Assembly (NCBI GenBank): GCA_963771175.1
Contig: CAVYSY010000056.1
Coordinates: 64,001 to 128,000, forward strand
Source: an uncultured delta proteobacterium
Lineage (GTDB): Bacteria > Myxococcota > Myxococcia > Myxococcales > Myxococcaceae
Length of the DNA: 64,000 nt
Reading direction: 5' to 3'
The notes beneath the pieces were generated by a model. It ran no database searches. It saw only the letters and a list, made by a program, of their open reading frames with translations, and had not been told where the DNA came from. The position numbers and the translations under genes are program-made. Shown one piece after another: positions 42,873-53,863 of this stretch. Within the stretch, counting starts at the first letter, position 1. Each line of letters begins with the position of its first letter.

Positions 42873-43244
42873 CTACTTCGACGTCCGGGACCGGTTCGCG
42901 CCGGAGTCTCCCTTGCGGGCCTCGGTGCGCAATGGCGTCACCGGGAGCAGGCGCGCCGCGGCCGTCAGCCTCGTGATGATGCGGGTATTGGCAGTGCCCG
43001 GATGCTCCTCCTGCAGGAGCTGGTCGATGCGCTGCTCTATCTCCTCGCGCATGCGCCGGCCCTCGGCGAGCGCCGCGTCGATCCGGTCACGCACCTGCAC
43101 GGAGTGCTCGTCCATCGCGGCGCGACGGTACGCGGCGGTTTCCCGGCGCACCGCGATGCGCCCCGCCGGCCCCCCCGTCTTCCGGGGCCGCTTCACCGTG
43201 GGGCGCTTCCGTTCCCCCGTTCCTTCCTTGCGCTTGTCCGCCAT
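42873..43244 (-). CDS. Small basic hypothetical protein
   Basis: MADKRKEG...; AGGAGG RBS; central coiled coil. Confidence 0.55.
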   Translation of the reverse strand: MADKRKEGTGERKRPTVKRPRKTGGPAGRIAVRRETAAYRRAAMDEHSVQVRDRIDAALAEGRRMREEIEQRIDQLLQEEHPGTANTRIITRLTAAARLLPVTPLRTEARKGDSGANRSRTSK

Positions 43245-43561
43245 CGCGGCCTCCTGCTTCACATTCCGCTCTCCCCCGAAGGTGGGGAGTGCACCGACGG
43301 GCTGCCAGTCCCCTCCCGGGGTCGAGTAAGTGCGGCCGGCCGGACAGTGGGCCCTCGGCCCGCCAGCCCCTCCCCACCGTCGCACTGCCCCGAGGCCCGC
43401 GCCCCTGTCCACCATCCGACACAGGCCTGGCGGTGGCGGCGCCCCTGGCGGCCCTCGTTCAGACGCGCATCCACGCAATTGACGCGAACTCCGTTCGTCC
43501 CCTGTCCGGGAATAAGAACAAGGACAAGAAGTAGGAAGGGCCGCGAGGGGGGAACGTCCAC

Positions 43562-46129
43562 ATGCTGCGCGAGTGGGTACTGACTGCGGGAGTGCTGTGG
43601 GCGGGGGTGTCGGCGGCGGCGGTCGAGGGTCCAGGGCGCACCCAGTTCCTCCACGCGGCGAGGGCGAGCGGCCCGGTGGTGGTGGACGGCCGGCTGGACG
43701 AGGACACGTGGACGAAGGCCCCCGTCTTCGACGGCTTCGTGCAGCGCTTCCCGGACGCGGGCAAGGCCCCCAGCGAGCGCACCGAATTGCGCGTCCTCTA
43801 CGACGACCGGAACGTCTACGTCGCCGTCACCAGCCACGACTCGGAGCCGGCGCTCATCAACCGCAACCTGGGGCGCCGGGACAGCGACCTGTACTCGGAC
43901 CGGGTGCGGGTGCTGCTGGACACGACGCACGACCACCGCACGGCCTACGTCTTCACGGTGAACGCGGGCGGAGTGCTGTCGGACGGCCTCTACTATGACG
44001 ACCGGCAGTACAGCGCGGACTGGGACGGCGTGTGGGACGCGGCGGCGGACACCATCGAGGGTGGCTGGGTGGCCGAGTTCGCCATTCCCCTGTCGTTGCT
44101 GCGCTTCCCCGACGTGCCGGAGCAGACGTGGGGCTTCTCGGTGCGCCGGGAGATCGCCCGCAAGAACGAGGAGCTGGAGACGGTGGACAACCCGCGCACC
44201 AGCAACGCGGTGGTGTCGCGGCTGGGCCACCTCACCGGCCTGGAGAACCTGAGGCCGCAGCGGGCGGTGGAGCTGGTGCCGTACCTCGCGGCGCGCACGA
44301 TGGCCCGGCCCCAGTTCTCGGACGCGGCGAGGCCCTGGCCCCGGCTGATGGACCCGTCGCTGGACTTCGGCCTGGACTTCAAGACGGCCCTGAGCAGCAA
44401 CCTGGCGCTGACGGGCACCCTCAACCCGGACTTCGGCCAGGTGGAGGCGGACCAGCTCATCCTCAACCTGTCCACCTTCGAGGCCTTCTTCCCGGAGAAG
44501 CGCCCCTTCTTCACCCAGGGCATGGAGCTGTTCAACCCGGTGGGCGGACAGGGCGGGCCGCAGACGCTCTTCTACTCGCGGCGCATCGGCCTGGAGACGC
44601 CCATCCTCGGGGCGGTGAAGCTGACGGGCACGGTGACCGAGGGCGTGGAGGTGGGCCTGCTGGACGCGGTCGTCACCGGGCCGTGGATGCGGGACGTGGA
44701 CGAGGAGCGGCCGGACCGGAGCGTGGGCCTGCACCTGACTCGCCCGCTGCACCTGGGCCCCAACAACGCGCTGCCCACGGCCCCGGCGGTGCCCATGAAC
44801 TACCTGGCGGCGGTGGTGCGCGGGAAGGTGGGCTCGGGCTCGCGCGTGGGCGGCATGGTGACGATGGCCACGCCCCTCACCGGCCCCTGCTCGGCCGAGG
44901 ACGCGGCGCTCGACGAGGAGCTGCGACCCGTGCCGTGCCTGGCGCGGTCGGGCAACGCCGCGGCGGTGGACTTCGACCTGAAGACGGCGGATGGGGAGTA
45001 CGGGCTGATGGGGCAGCTCGACGGCTCGCAAACGGTGGGCGGGCTGCCCGAGCGCACGCTGCGTGACGGCACCGTGCTGCGCCGGGGAGCCACGGGCTTC
45101 GGCGGCTACGTGCGCGCGGGGAAGTTCGGCGGCGAGGGCTTCCGCTGGGACGTGGGAGACGACTTCTCCTCGCCCACGCTGGACCTCAACGCCACGGGCT
45201 TCCAGCGCACGCAGAACGAGCACGCGCCGCGCCTGTCGCTGCGCTACCAGCGCCCCAACGGGATGGGGCCGCTGAAGGCCTACTTCGCCAACTTCAACGC
45301 GGGCACGCGGTGGACGACGGACGGCCGGGGCATCAACCGCGGGAGCTGGGTCAACTTCAACACGACGGCGCAGCTCCCGAGCTTCGACAGCATCGCACTG
45401 GAGCTGGGCGCGGACGTGGGCGGCTGGGACGTGCGCGAGCTGAAGGGCTCGGGCGTGCCGCTGGAGAACCCGAACGCGGCCTTCGTGGCGCTCATCGGGG
45501 ACACCAACGAGAACCGGCGGGTGGCGGCGGGAGGCTTCGTGGCACTGGCGCGCCACTTCCAGGCGGGCCCGGTGGCGCCGGATTGGGGCTGGCAGGCGAA
45601 CCTCTATGGAACGGTGCGGCCGCACCCGGCGCTGGAGACGCGGCTGGAGCTCTTCCTGGACCGCACCACCACCGGACCGCGCTTCATCGAGGACCTGGGC
45701 GACCAGCGCTTCCTGCTGAGCCCGCTGCTGTCGGACACGCTGTCGCTGACGCTGCGGCAGCAGTGGGTGGTGACGCCACGGCTGACGCTGCAGGGCTATG
45801 CGCAGCTCTTCACCGCGTATGGCGCCTACGGCACCTACTACGAGGGCATGTCCGACGCGGCGCGCTCGCCCATCCGCTTCGCCAGCCTGGTGCCGGTGGA
45901 GCACGAGAACACGGACGACTTCCACGATGTGGGGCTGAACCTGAACCTGGTGCTGCGCTGGGAGTACCGGCTCGGCTCGACGCTGTACGTGGTGTACACG
46001 CACGGGCAGCAGCGCTTCCCGGTGGCCGACGGCGCGCATCCGCCCCGCACGCTGATGCCCCAGGGGCTGCTCGCCGGCGCCGCCAACGACGCGCTGATGG
46101 TGAAGTGGTCCTGGTACTGGGGCGCGTGA
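43562..46129 (+). CDS. CBM9-like / DUF5916 outer-membrane protein
   Basis: VDGRLDE..W, GWVAEFAIP, NPDFGQVEAD, EKRPFF, LFYSRRIG; aromatic C-terminus. Confidence 0.88.
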   Translation: MLREWVLTAGVLWAGVSAAAVEGPGRTQFLHAARASGPVVVDGRLDEDTWTKAPVFDGFVQRFPDAGKAPSERTELRVLYDDRNVYVAVTSHDSEPALINRNLGRRDSDLYSDRVRVLLDTTHDHRTAYVFTVNAGGVLSDGLYYDDRQYSADWDGVWDAAADTIEGGWVAEFAIPLSLLRFPDVPEQTWGFSVRREIARKNEELETVDNPRTSNAVVSRLGHLTGLENLRPQRAVELVPYLAARTMARPQFSDAARPWPRLMDPSLDFGLDFKTALSSNLALTGTLNPDFGQVEADQLILNLSTFEAFFPEKRPFFTQGMELFNPVGGQGGPQTLFYSRRIGLETPILGAVKLTGTVTEGVEVGLLDAVVTGPWMRDVDEERPDRSVGLHLTRPLHLGPNNALPTAPAVPMNYLAAVVRGKVGSGSRVGGMVTMATPLTGPCSAEDAALDEELRPVPCLARSGNAAAVDFDLKTADGEYGLMGQLDGSQTVGGLPERTLRDGTVLRRGATGFGGYVRAGKFGGEGFRWDVGDDFSSPTLDLNATGFQRTQNEHAPRLSLRYQRPNGMGPLKAYFANFNAGTRWTTDGRGINRGSWVNFNTTAQLPSFDSIALELGADVGGWDVRELKGSGVPLENPNAAFVALIGDTNENRRVAAGGFVALARHFQAGPVAPDWGWQANLYGTVRPHPALETRLELFLDRTTTGPRFIEDLGDQRFLLSPLLSDTLSLTLRQQWVVTPRLTLQGYAQLFTAYGAYGTYYEGMSDAARSPIRFASLVPVEHENTDDFHDVGLNLNLVLRWEYRLGSTLYVVYTHGQQRFPVADGAHPPRTLMPQGLLAGAANDALMVKWSWYWGA

Positions 46130-46168
46130 CCCTTTGCACGAATGTTCAACCGGATTTAACATTCGTGC

Positions 46169-46765
46169 ATGCAGGCAGCGCGCCCAAATCCACCCAATTG
46201 GGGGCAGCTCTACGAAACCGCCCTCGGTCAGGGGGGCTACGTCACCACGCAGCAGGCCCAGGAGGCCGGCTATTCCCTGCCGCTCCTGACCCACCACGTG
46301 AAGCAGGGACGCCTGCAGCGGGTACGGCGCGGCATCTACCGCCTGACGCATTACCCGGCTGGCGAGCAGGAAGATCTGATCGTGCTCTGGCTGTGGACCG
46401 AGCAGCAGGGCGTCTTCAGCCACGAGACGGCGCTAGTGCTCCAGGATCTCTCGGACGCCCTGCCCGCCGTGTACCATCTCACCCTGCCCGCGGCATGGTC
46501 GCGTCGACGGCTCCGTGTCCCGGAGAATGTACGGCTGTACTACGCGGACGTCAGTGAAACGGATCGACGCTGGGCTGGTACCGTGCCCATCACCTCGCCC
46601 ATTCGCACGCTCGTTGATTGCGCAAGCGCAGCAGTACTTCCCGAGTTCATTCACGACGCCTACAGGCAGATCCAGCAACGGGGTCTCGCTGATCCTGACG
46701 AACTACGAGAACGGTTATCTCCCTTGCTCAAAGGAGACGTCCTCTTGAGTAGACTGCTTGAGTGA
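46169..46765 (+). CDS. AbiEi-family (type IV toxin-antitoxin) antitoxin
   Basis: QGGYVTTQQA, LQRVRRGIYRL, VFSHETAL...LSD, ITSPIRTLVDC. Confidence 0.85.
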   Translation: MQAARPNPPNWGQLYETALGQGGYVTTQQAQEAGYSLPLLTHHVKQGRLQRVRRGIYRLTHYPAGEQEDLIVLWLWTEQQGVFSHETALVLQDLSDALPAVYHLTLPAAWSRRRLRVPENVRLYYADVSETDRRWAGTVPITSPIRTLVDCASAAVLPEFIHDAYRQIQQRGLADPDELRERLSPLLKGDVLLSRLLE

Positions 46766-46908
46766 TGCGCGGACTCGGGTGCGCGCGGCGGTAGACGCAA
46801 GGTCCCCGCAGTGTCCTTCCCCGATGCGAGCCAGGGAAGGTGCTCTGCGTGGAGGCGCCCTCGTTCCCGCTTGCGTGCGCGACGGCTCATCCTCCAGCCT
46901 CGTGCGCC

Positions 46909-48483
46909 ATGAACCTTCGCGTGCTGCTCGCTTCCGCCCTCCTCCTGCCCGCCTGTGCGGCCCAGAGAGCCTCGACCACGCCCACCCCGGCGCCGGAGCC
47001 CTCGGCGGCCCCGGCCCCCTCTGCCTCGGTCCCGGTGGCCCAGGGGACTCCGGTGGCGCCTCCCACCGGCCTTCAGCAGCAGGACGGTCCCATCGGCACG
47101 CCCCACCCCTTCATCTTCCAGGCCGCCGCCACCGACGGACGCTGGGTCGTCGCCTGCCAGGCGCGCGAGGACTCGAACGGCGACGGCAAGGTGGAGGTGC
47201 GCTACGGCCAGCACGGCGACACGAGCGGTGACGCGCTCGCCCCCTACCTGTTCCTCGACCCCGGCGCGGGCGAGCGGCTCGACGACTTCCTCACCGCGGA
47301 CCCGACCGACCGCTACCTCGTGGTGGTGCGCGGCGGCTCGCTCCGGCTGCTCGACACGTACACGCGACAGGACACCGAGCTGGCCCCGCCCGGTGGGTTC
47401 CCCGACAGCACCACCCCCGCCTCGCCCCTGCCCGTGTCCTTCTCCCAGGACGGCCGGCGCCTGCTCGTCATGCGGAGCGGGCCGGACAAGAAGCTCCAGG
47501 CCGTCCTCCTCCACCTGGAGGACGGGAGCCGCCACGAGGTGCCGCACGGCCCCGGAGAGTTGGGCCAGGCCTCGCTCTGGGACGACGGCACGTGGGCGGA
47601 GTTCGGCGTGCTCACCCAGGACACCGATGGCGATGGCACGCTGACGTGGCCCCTCATCAGGACCTCGCTCTCGCCCCGGTTCTGCCGGGGCCCCATCAGG
47701 TCCTACAGCCGGTATGGCTATGACGGAGACAAGCCCTCCTTGGTGGTGCGCCGGGTGAGCGGTGGTCCAATCCTCCAGGCGGATGACATCCTCCGACCGC
47801 TGGGCGACTCCTTGCTGCGCCGGGACGAGCAGGGCGAGCTGTTCGTCGAGGACGCCTCGGGCCAGCGCACCCCGTGGGTCCCCGCGAGCTGCCAAGGCAC
47901 CATCCTCCACGTGGACGTCGAGCGCGAGCAGCTCCTGGTGGCCTGCACCGCGCGGGGGAACGCGCTCGAGCTGCACGGCGCCCAGGTCCACCTGTCGCTC
48001 GGGTTGTCCGTCGAGCCCGCGAGCCGGGACTTGCTCTCCGGGGAGCCCACCTTGTTGTTCCCGGTCACGCCCGCCGCCACTGCCGAGGGCACGCGAGCCC
48101 AGAGCGTGGTGGACCTGGAGAAGCGCACCGTGCACCCGATTCCGGTACCGGGCGAGGTGAGATACACGGAGGGAACTCGCGCCCTGGTGTTCCAGTACAC
48201 CGGGCCCGAACGGCAGACGTACATGCGGTGGTTCGTGGACGTCGGCACCGGGGAGCAGCGCGAGCTCGGCGAGCAGGAGGGGTACAAACTCAAGGTGGCG
48301 GGGCCCTTCGTCTACGCCCCGGGCCTGTTGGTGGACATGCGCACCGGCCAGCGCGTCGGCACGGTGGACGGGGACGTGGCGGCCCTCGACTCGCGCGGGC
48401 GCGTGCTGCGCCCCGGCAGCGACAGGGAGCCGCAGGCCCCGCTCGGTCCCTTTCAGTGGACCTCCGTCGCGACGCCGCGCTGA
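46909..48483 (+). CDS. Lipoprotein, probable beta-propeller
   Basis: Lipobox LLPAC; DSNGDG and DTDGDG Ca-binding-like loops; SFSQDGRRL. Confidence 0.75.
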   Translation: MNLRVLLASALLLPACAAQRASTTPTPAPEPSAAPAPSASVPVAQGTPVAPPTGLQQQDGPIGTPHPFIFQAAATDGRWVVACQAREDSNGDGKVEVRYGQHGDTSGDALAPYLFLDPGAGERLDDFLTADPTDRYLVVVRGGSLRLLDTYTRQDTELAPPGGFPDSTTPASPLPVSFSQDGRRLLVMRSGPDKKLQAVLLHLEDGSRHEVPHGPGELGQASLWDDGTWAEFGVLTQDTDGDGTLTWPLIRTSLSPRFCRGPIRSYSRYGYDGDKPSLVVRRVSGGPILQADDILRPLGDSLLRRDEQGELFVEDASGQRTPWVPASCQGTILHVDVEREQLLVACTARGNALELHGAQVHLSLGLSVEPASRDLLSGEPTLLFPVTPAATAEGTRAQSVVDLEKRTVHPIPVPGEVRYTEGTRALVFQYTGPERQTYMRWFVDVGTGEQRELGEQEGYKLKVAGPFVYAPGLLVDMRTGQRVGTVDGDVAALDSRGRVLRPGSDREPQAPLGPFQWTSVATPR

Positions 48484-48491
48484 CTCCACGG

Positions 48492-48521
48492 GTGCCGCCC
48501 GGGAGGCGACCGGGCGGGCAC
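48492..48521 (+). terminator. Hairpin after the lipoprotein gene
   Basis: GTGCCGCCCGG-GAGGCGA-CCGGGCGGGCAC; no strong U tract. Confidence 0.4.
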
Positions 48522-48716
48522 GCTTCGAGGACCCCGGTGCATATCCGCCACCGCCTGCCGTCCAAGCCCGTGAATGCCATCTTCAACATTCAGTCCTGAG
48601 CCCCCGTGCACGTGGGACGTGCGGGAAGACCCCCTCTGGGCTATGGGTTCCCCCGCCTGCCAGTCCGAGCTCCGTGCAACCCCTCGAGGAGAGCTCGCTG
48701 GAGGAGGTACCGAGTG

Positions 48717-51426
48717 ATGTCCGAACAGCAGCCAAAGAAGAAGCGCTGGCCCTATGTGGTGGGCGGCATCGTCCTGCTCCTGGTCGTGGTCGTGGCGGTC
48801 GCCCTGTGGCGGCTCGACGCCTTCCTGCTCCAGCGCGCCCGCACCGAGGCCGCGCAGCTCTCCGCAGCAGCTCGGCCGGCCGGTGGACATCGGCGACATC
48901 TCCACGCAGCTCGTCCCCCACGTGGGCGTCGAGGTGGAGAACGTGGTGGTGGGCGCCGCCGAGGGGGAGCAGGTGCCCCTGGCGGAGCTGAAGCGGCTCG
49001 ACGTGAGCGTGGCGCTCTGGCCGGCGCTGACGTCGCGCGGCCAGGACATCCAGGTGAAGAACGCCGAGGTCTCCGGCCTCACCGTCAACGTCGTCCGGCT
49101 GCCGGACGGCACCACCAACGTCGCGCGGCTGCAGGAGCGGCTCGCCCAGCAGCAGCCGAAGGAGGAGCCTCCCGCCGAGGAGCAGCCACCGAAGGACCTC
49201 TCGGGCGTGCACGTGGACCGGGCGGCGCTCACCGACGCCACCATCCGCTTCATCGACCGCGGCGGCGCCCAGGCGCGCGAGCTGGCCATCTCCGACCTCG
49301 ACGTGGAGGTGAAGGACCTGCGCGCGGGCAAGCCGCTGGAAGTGAAGCTCGATGCCGCGGTGCTCGCGGAGAAGCAGAACTTCCACATGATGGCGCGGAC
49401 GGCGCCGCTGCCCAATACGCTCACCCCGGTGCCCGAGCGCGTGGAGCTGAAGTCCGAGCCCATCGACCTCACGCCGCTGGGGCCCTTCCTCGGCCCGGAC
49501 GTGGGACTGCAGGCGGGCCAGGTGCAGGCGGACTGGACGGCCGAGCTGGGCGCGGCGGTGCCCGGCGGCAACGGGCCCACGAAGCTGACGGGCGGCCTGC
49601 GCGCCCAGGGCCTGCGCTTCGCCGGCGCCGAGGGCGGCAAGGCGCTCGATGTCGTACTGGACACCAACGTCTCCGGCGACCTGCAGAAGGGTGACCTGTC
49701 GCTGGAGAAGCTCCTGGTGGAGCTCGGCCCGGCGCGCATCACCGGCAAGGGCCAGGTGAAGGGGCTGCTCACCGAGACACCCGCGGTGCAGGGCTTCGAG
49801 CTGGTGGGCCAGAACCTCGACCCGGCGGTGCTGGCCGAGTACTACCCGCCGCTGCGCAAGCAGCTCGCGAACCAGGTGGCCGGCCCCATCGGTCTGGTGG
49901 TGCGCGGCGGTGGCACGGAGCAGTCGCAGGCGCTGACGGCGGAGGTGGAGCTGACGCCGGTGCGGCTGCGCATCCCCGAGCAGCTCTCCAAGGAGGCGGG
50001 GGCGCCCATGCGGCTGACGGCCCGGCTCACCGGCGCCGCGGCCAGTGGAGGCGCGCTGCGCTTCGACGCGAAGACGGACCTGACGGGCGTGGACATGCGA
50101 CCGGGGCTGCTGCTGGACAAGCCTCCCGGCCAGCGCTTCACGGTGGACACGGCGGGCACGTACCAGCCCGAGCAGGGCCAGCAGGCGATGAAGGTGGACC
50201 TGAGCCGGCTGAACGTGGCGCTGCTGGACTCGACGATGACGGGCACGGCGTCGTACGCGCAGGCGGGCCGGGGCACGAAGCAGACGAAGACGTTCGCCCT
50301 GGCGCTCAAGAGCCCGCGGCTGAACGCGGACGAGCTGCTGATGACGGACGAGGAGATCGCCGCCGTGGCCGGTGGCGTGCCCCAGGCCGGTGGCGTACCC
50401 CAGGAGGAGCCCGAGGACCCGAAGCGCTTCAACGGCATGCGCGGAGACATGCGGTTCGAGATTGGCGCGCTGCGGATGAGCGGGATGGACCTGTCCAACA
50501 TGGTGGCCGAGCTGAAGATGGTGGACGACCTCATCACGGTGGAGCGCTTCACCACGGGCATCTACGGCGGCACGGTGTCGGCGAACGGGAGCACGGTGCG
50601 GCTGGGGCCCGCCCCCGAGCAGCGCCCCTTCGAGCTGAAGGCCGAGGTGCGCGGCATGGACGTGGCGCAGGCGATGTCCAAGCAGGTGCCGAGCAAGGTG
50701 CTGGAGGGGAAGTTCGACGGGAAGATGGACCTGGCGGGCGTGGGCTACTCGATGGAGAGCCTGCAGGAGCGACTCGCCGGGGCCATCGACGGCAACCTCC
50801 TGGGCGGGGTGTTCACCGGCATGGACATCCCGGCGACGGTGTCCGCGCCGCTGGTGAAGGCGCTGCCGTTCGCGGGCAAGGCCCTGACGAACGAAGGCGT
50901 GACGCAGCTCGCGGAGCAGCTCCCGTTCGGGGTGACCATCAAGAACGGCGTGGCGCAGCTCTCCAAGCCGATTACGTGGACGCGGCCCGAGGCGGCGATG
51001 AGCTTCGACGGCGGCATCCGGCTGGACGGGACGCTGGACCTGGTGGGGACGGTGGACCTCCAGCCGCCGCTGATTGAGAAGATCACCCTGGGCCGGGCGA
51101 AGCCGACGGGGCCCGTGCCGGTGGCGCTGAAGCTGACGGGCAAGGCGTGGAAACCGGAGGTGACGGGGCTGGACGTGAAGCCGGCGGCGATGGCGATCGC
51201 CAAGATGGCGGCGGCGAGCGCGGCGACGGAGCTGCTGGGTGAGAAGGGGAAGAAGGCGGGGGAGATCATCACCGGCGGCACGAAGGCGGCGGAGGACGCG
51301 GCGCGGGCCGAGGCGGAGAAGCGCCAGAAGGAAGTGGAGGAGAAGGCCCGCCAGGAAGCGGAGGCCGCGCGCAAGCGGGCCGAGGAGGAGGCGAAGAAGC
51401 GCCTCAAGGGCATCTTCGGGCGTTAG
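48717..51426 (+). CDS. AsmA-family protein; +1 frameshift near 48862
   Basis: N-terminal KKKRWPYVVGGIVLLLVV anchor, LSQQLGRPV after correction, beta-rich body, C-terminal EEEAKKRLKGIFGR; GGAGGAGG RBS. Confidence 0.85.
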
Positions 51427-51443
51427 CGTAAGCTGGAACCACG

Positions 51444-52529
51444 ATGCCCACCACGCTCGACCGGATCGAAGTCGAAGGCTTCAAGTCCATCCGCCAGATG
51501 CGGCTGGATTTGAAGCCATTGAACGTGCTCATCGGCGCGAACGGTGCCGGGAAGAGCAACTTCATCTCGGTCTTCGGGCTGCTCCGTCACATCGTCGAGG
51601 GCCGTCTACAGTTCTATGTAGCGCAAGCAGGAGGCGCCGATTCCCTTCTGTACTTCGGACGGAAACGAACCTCATGGATGAAGCTGCGTTTCAGTTTCGG
51701 GGATACTGGGTACGAAGCGCAGCTTGCGCCATCTGCGACGGATTCCCTGTTCTTCGAAGAGGAGGCGTACGGGTTACCCATGCTCGGGCATCCTCAAGCT
51801 CGGATGGCGATGGCTACTGGTGCAGGAGAGACCGATCTACTCATTCAGGCGCCACACTTTCCCCCAGCGCAGCTGATTCTTGAGCACCTACAAAGCTGGC
51901 GCGTCTACCACTTCCACGACACCAGCGCGTCCGCGAAGGTGAAGCAGACGGGAGATATCGGAGACAACGAGGCACTTCGTGCCGACGCCTCGAACCTCGC
52001 GGCCTTCCTGTTCCTCCTGCGCACGAAGCATCCCGAGAATTACCGCCGGATCGTCTCGACCATCCGGCTCGTCGCGCCCTTCTTCGACGACTTCCGGCTA
52101 CGCCCCAGTCCGTTCAACGAGCAGAAGATCCAGCTCGAATGGTCCGAGCGCAGCTCCGATGCCTACTTCAATGCGCACGCCCTCTCGGACGGGACGCTGC
52201 GCTTCATTTGCCTCGCGACGCTGCTGCTCCAACCCAACCTGCCCTCCCTCATCCTCATCGACGAGCCGGAACTGGGGCTGCACCCGTACGCCATCCAGGT
52301 CCTGGCCGGGCTCGTCCGGAGCGCATCGGAAAAGACACAGGTCATCCTCTCCACCCAGTCCGTATCCCTGGTGAACCAGTTCGCCCCCGAGGACCTCGTG
52401 GTCGTCGATCGCAGCAATGGCGAGTCCGTCTTCCGCCGCCTCTCGCCGGAGGACACGAAGGATTGGCTCGAGGACTACAGCCTCGGGGAACTCTGGGAGA
52501 AGAACGTCTTTGGCGGGCGGCCTGGCTGA
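51444..52529 (+). CDS. ABC/SMC-like AAA ATPase (AAA_21-type)
   Basis: GFKSI, Walker A GANGAGKS, signature LSDGT, Walker B LILIDEPELGLHP, STQS. Confidence 0.9.
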   Translation: MPTTLDRIEVEGFKSIRQMRLDLKPLNVLIGANGAGKSNFISVFGLLRHIVEGRLQFYVAQAGGADSLLYFGRKRTSWMKLRFSFGDTGYEAQLAPSATDSLFFEEEAYGLPMLGHPQARMAMATGAGETDLLIQAPHFPPAQLILEHLQSWRVYHFHDTSASAKVKQTGDIGDNEALRADASNLAAFLFLLRTKHPENYRRIVSTIRLVAPFFDDFRLRPSPFNEQKIQLEWSERSSDAYFNAHALSDGTLRFICLATLLLQPNLPSLILIDEPELGLHPYAIQVLAGLVRSASEKTQVILSTQSVSLVNQFAPEDLVVVDRSNGESVFRRLSPEDTKDWLEDYSLGELWEKNVFGGRPG

Positions 52530-52532
52530 GCC

Positions 52533-53193
52533 ATGAAGCGCGTCCTCATCCTCGTCGAGGGACAGACGGAAGAGACCTTCGTCCGAGAGGTGCTCGCTCC
52601 GCACCTCCTCGCCCGGAACGTGGCACTGACGCCGACGATCCTCGCCACCAGGCGGGTCAAATCCGGAGGCCACTTCAAGGGAGGAGCCACCAGCTACGCC
52701 AAGGTGCAGGGTGACCTGCACCGGCTGCTCAAGGACACCGGCGCCGAGCGCATCACCACGATGCTCGACTACTACGGCCTCCCCGATGATTTCCCGGGGC
52801 TGACGGACAGACCCACGGGCACCTGCTACCAGCGTGTCGAGCACGTCGAGCGGGCATTCCAGGCCGACATCGCCCACCCGCGCTTCCTGCCGTACCTCGC
52901 GCTGCACGAGTTCGAAGCCCTGCTCTTCACGGACCCGGCGCGCTGCGCCTGGATCTTCGTCAGACGCCCCCGGAGCCATCGAGAGCATGAAGGACACCCG
53001 TGCCCGAGTGGCCTCGCCCGAGGAGATCAACGAGGGCCCGGCGACAGCTCCTTCCAAGCGCATCCTGCAAGCCTTCCCCAGTTACCAGAAGACGCTGCAC
53101 GGGCCGCTGGCCACCATTGAGTACGGGCTCGCCCCCCTGCGTGCGGCCTGCCCTCACTTCCACGCTTGGGTGTCAGCCCTCGAAGCACTCTGA
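52533..53193 (+). CDS. DUF4276-family TOPRIM-like protein; +1 frameshift near 52958
   Basis: ILVEGQTEE, TMLDYYGLP, HEFEALLF; the shifted frame continues SPEEINEGPATAPSKRI...CPHFHAWV. Confidence 0.82.
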
Positions 53194-53215
53194 GCCAAAG
53201 CCCTCGCCGCCCCTC

Positions 53216-53863
53216 TCACGGGGCCGCGGTGGCGATCCGGGCCGAGCTCGACTCCGCGGTCGCCGGCCCGCTCTGTCTCAACAGGAACTCGCGGACGGCC
53301 TCGTGATCCGGCTCGGTGGTGAGGAACACCTCCGGGCTCGCGTCCCGCAGCAGCCCCACGTTGAGCACGTGCTTGCAGTAACCCCAGTTGCCCGTGTCCC
53401 AGTAGCTGAGCCGCTCGTTGTAGACGGCTCGGCCCCACTCGCCGGGCGCCACGCTCAACAGCTCCTCGTACTGGTTGCCCCGCGCCATCTCCCAGCTCCA
53501 CTCGTGCGCCCCCGGCAGGCCCATCCGCCCATGGTCGAGCAGCACCCGGACTCCCTCCTCCGTCCGCTCGACCCGGAAGGCCTCCACCTCCTCGAAGAGG
53601 CTCCGACCGCTCCGGATCCGCGAGCCCTCCCGGGGCAGGAACTGGTTCCTCTCGGAGAAGTAGATGTGGTGGATCCTCAGCGTGCCGTCCTCCGGGCCCA
53701 GCCACGCCTCGGGGAGCACCCGCGCCCGCGGCGTCGTATTGCGCAGCCGCGCTCCCGGTCCCCCTCGCGACTCCTTCGTCCACTCGGTCGTGAGCAACTG
53801 CACGACCAGACCAGAGATGCCGGTGCTCGCATGGGGAGTGCGTCGGTTTCGGTGCCGAGCCAT
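53216..53863 (-). CDS. Hypothetical protein
   Basis: GGAG RBS before MARHRNRR; GC3-rich codons. Confidence 0.6.
   Translation of the reverse strand: MARHRNRRTPHASTGISGLVVQLLTTEWTKESRGGPGARLRNTTPRARVLPEAWLGPEDGTLRIHHIYFSERNQFLPREGSRIRSGRSLFEEVEAFRVERTEEGVRVLLDHGRMGLPGAHEWSWEMARGNQYEELLSVAPGEWGRAVYNERLSYWDTGNWGYCKHVLNVGLLRDASPEVFLTTEPDHEAVREFLLRQSGPATAESSSARIATAAP

Noticed and set aside
43259..46423. Very long antisense ORFs (e.g. 1054 aa here; also 33725-36295, 31354-33864, 7061-8983)
   Set aside because: Shadow ORFs produced by high-GC codon bias opposite genes with clear motifs
50366..50403. GCCGGTGGCGT(G/A)CCCCAG tandem repeat
   Set aside because: An 18-bp in-frame duplication (AGGVPQ x2) in an AsmA linker; ordinary
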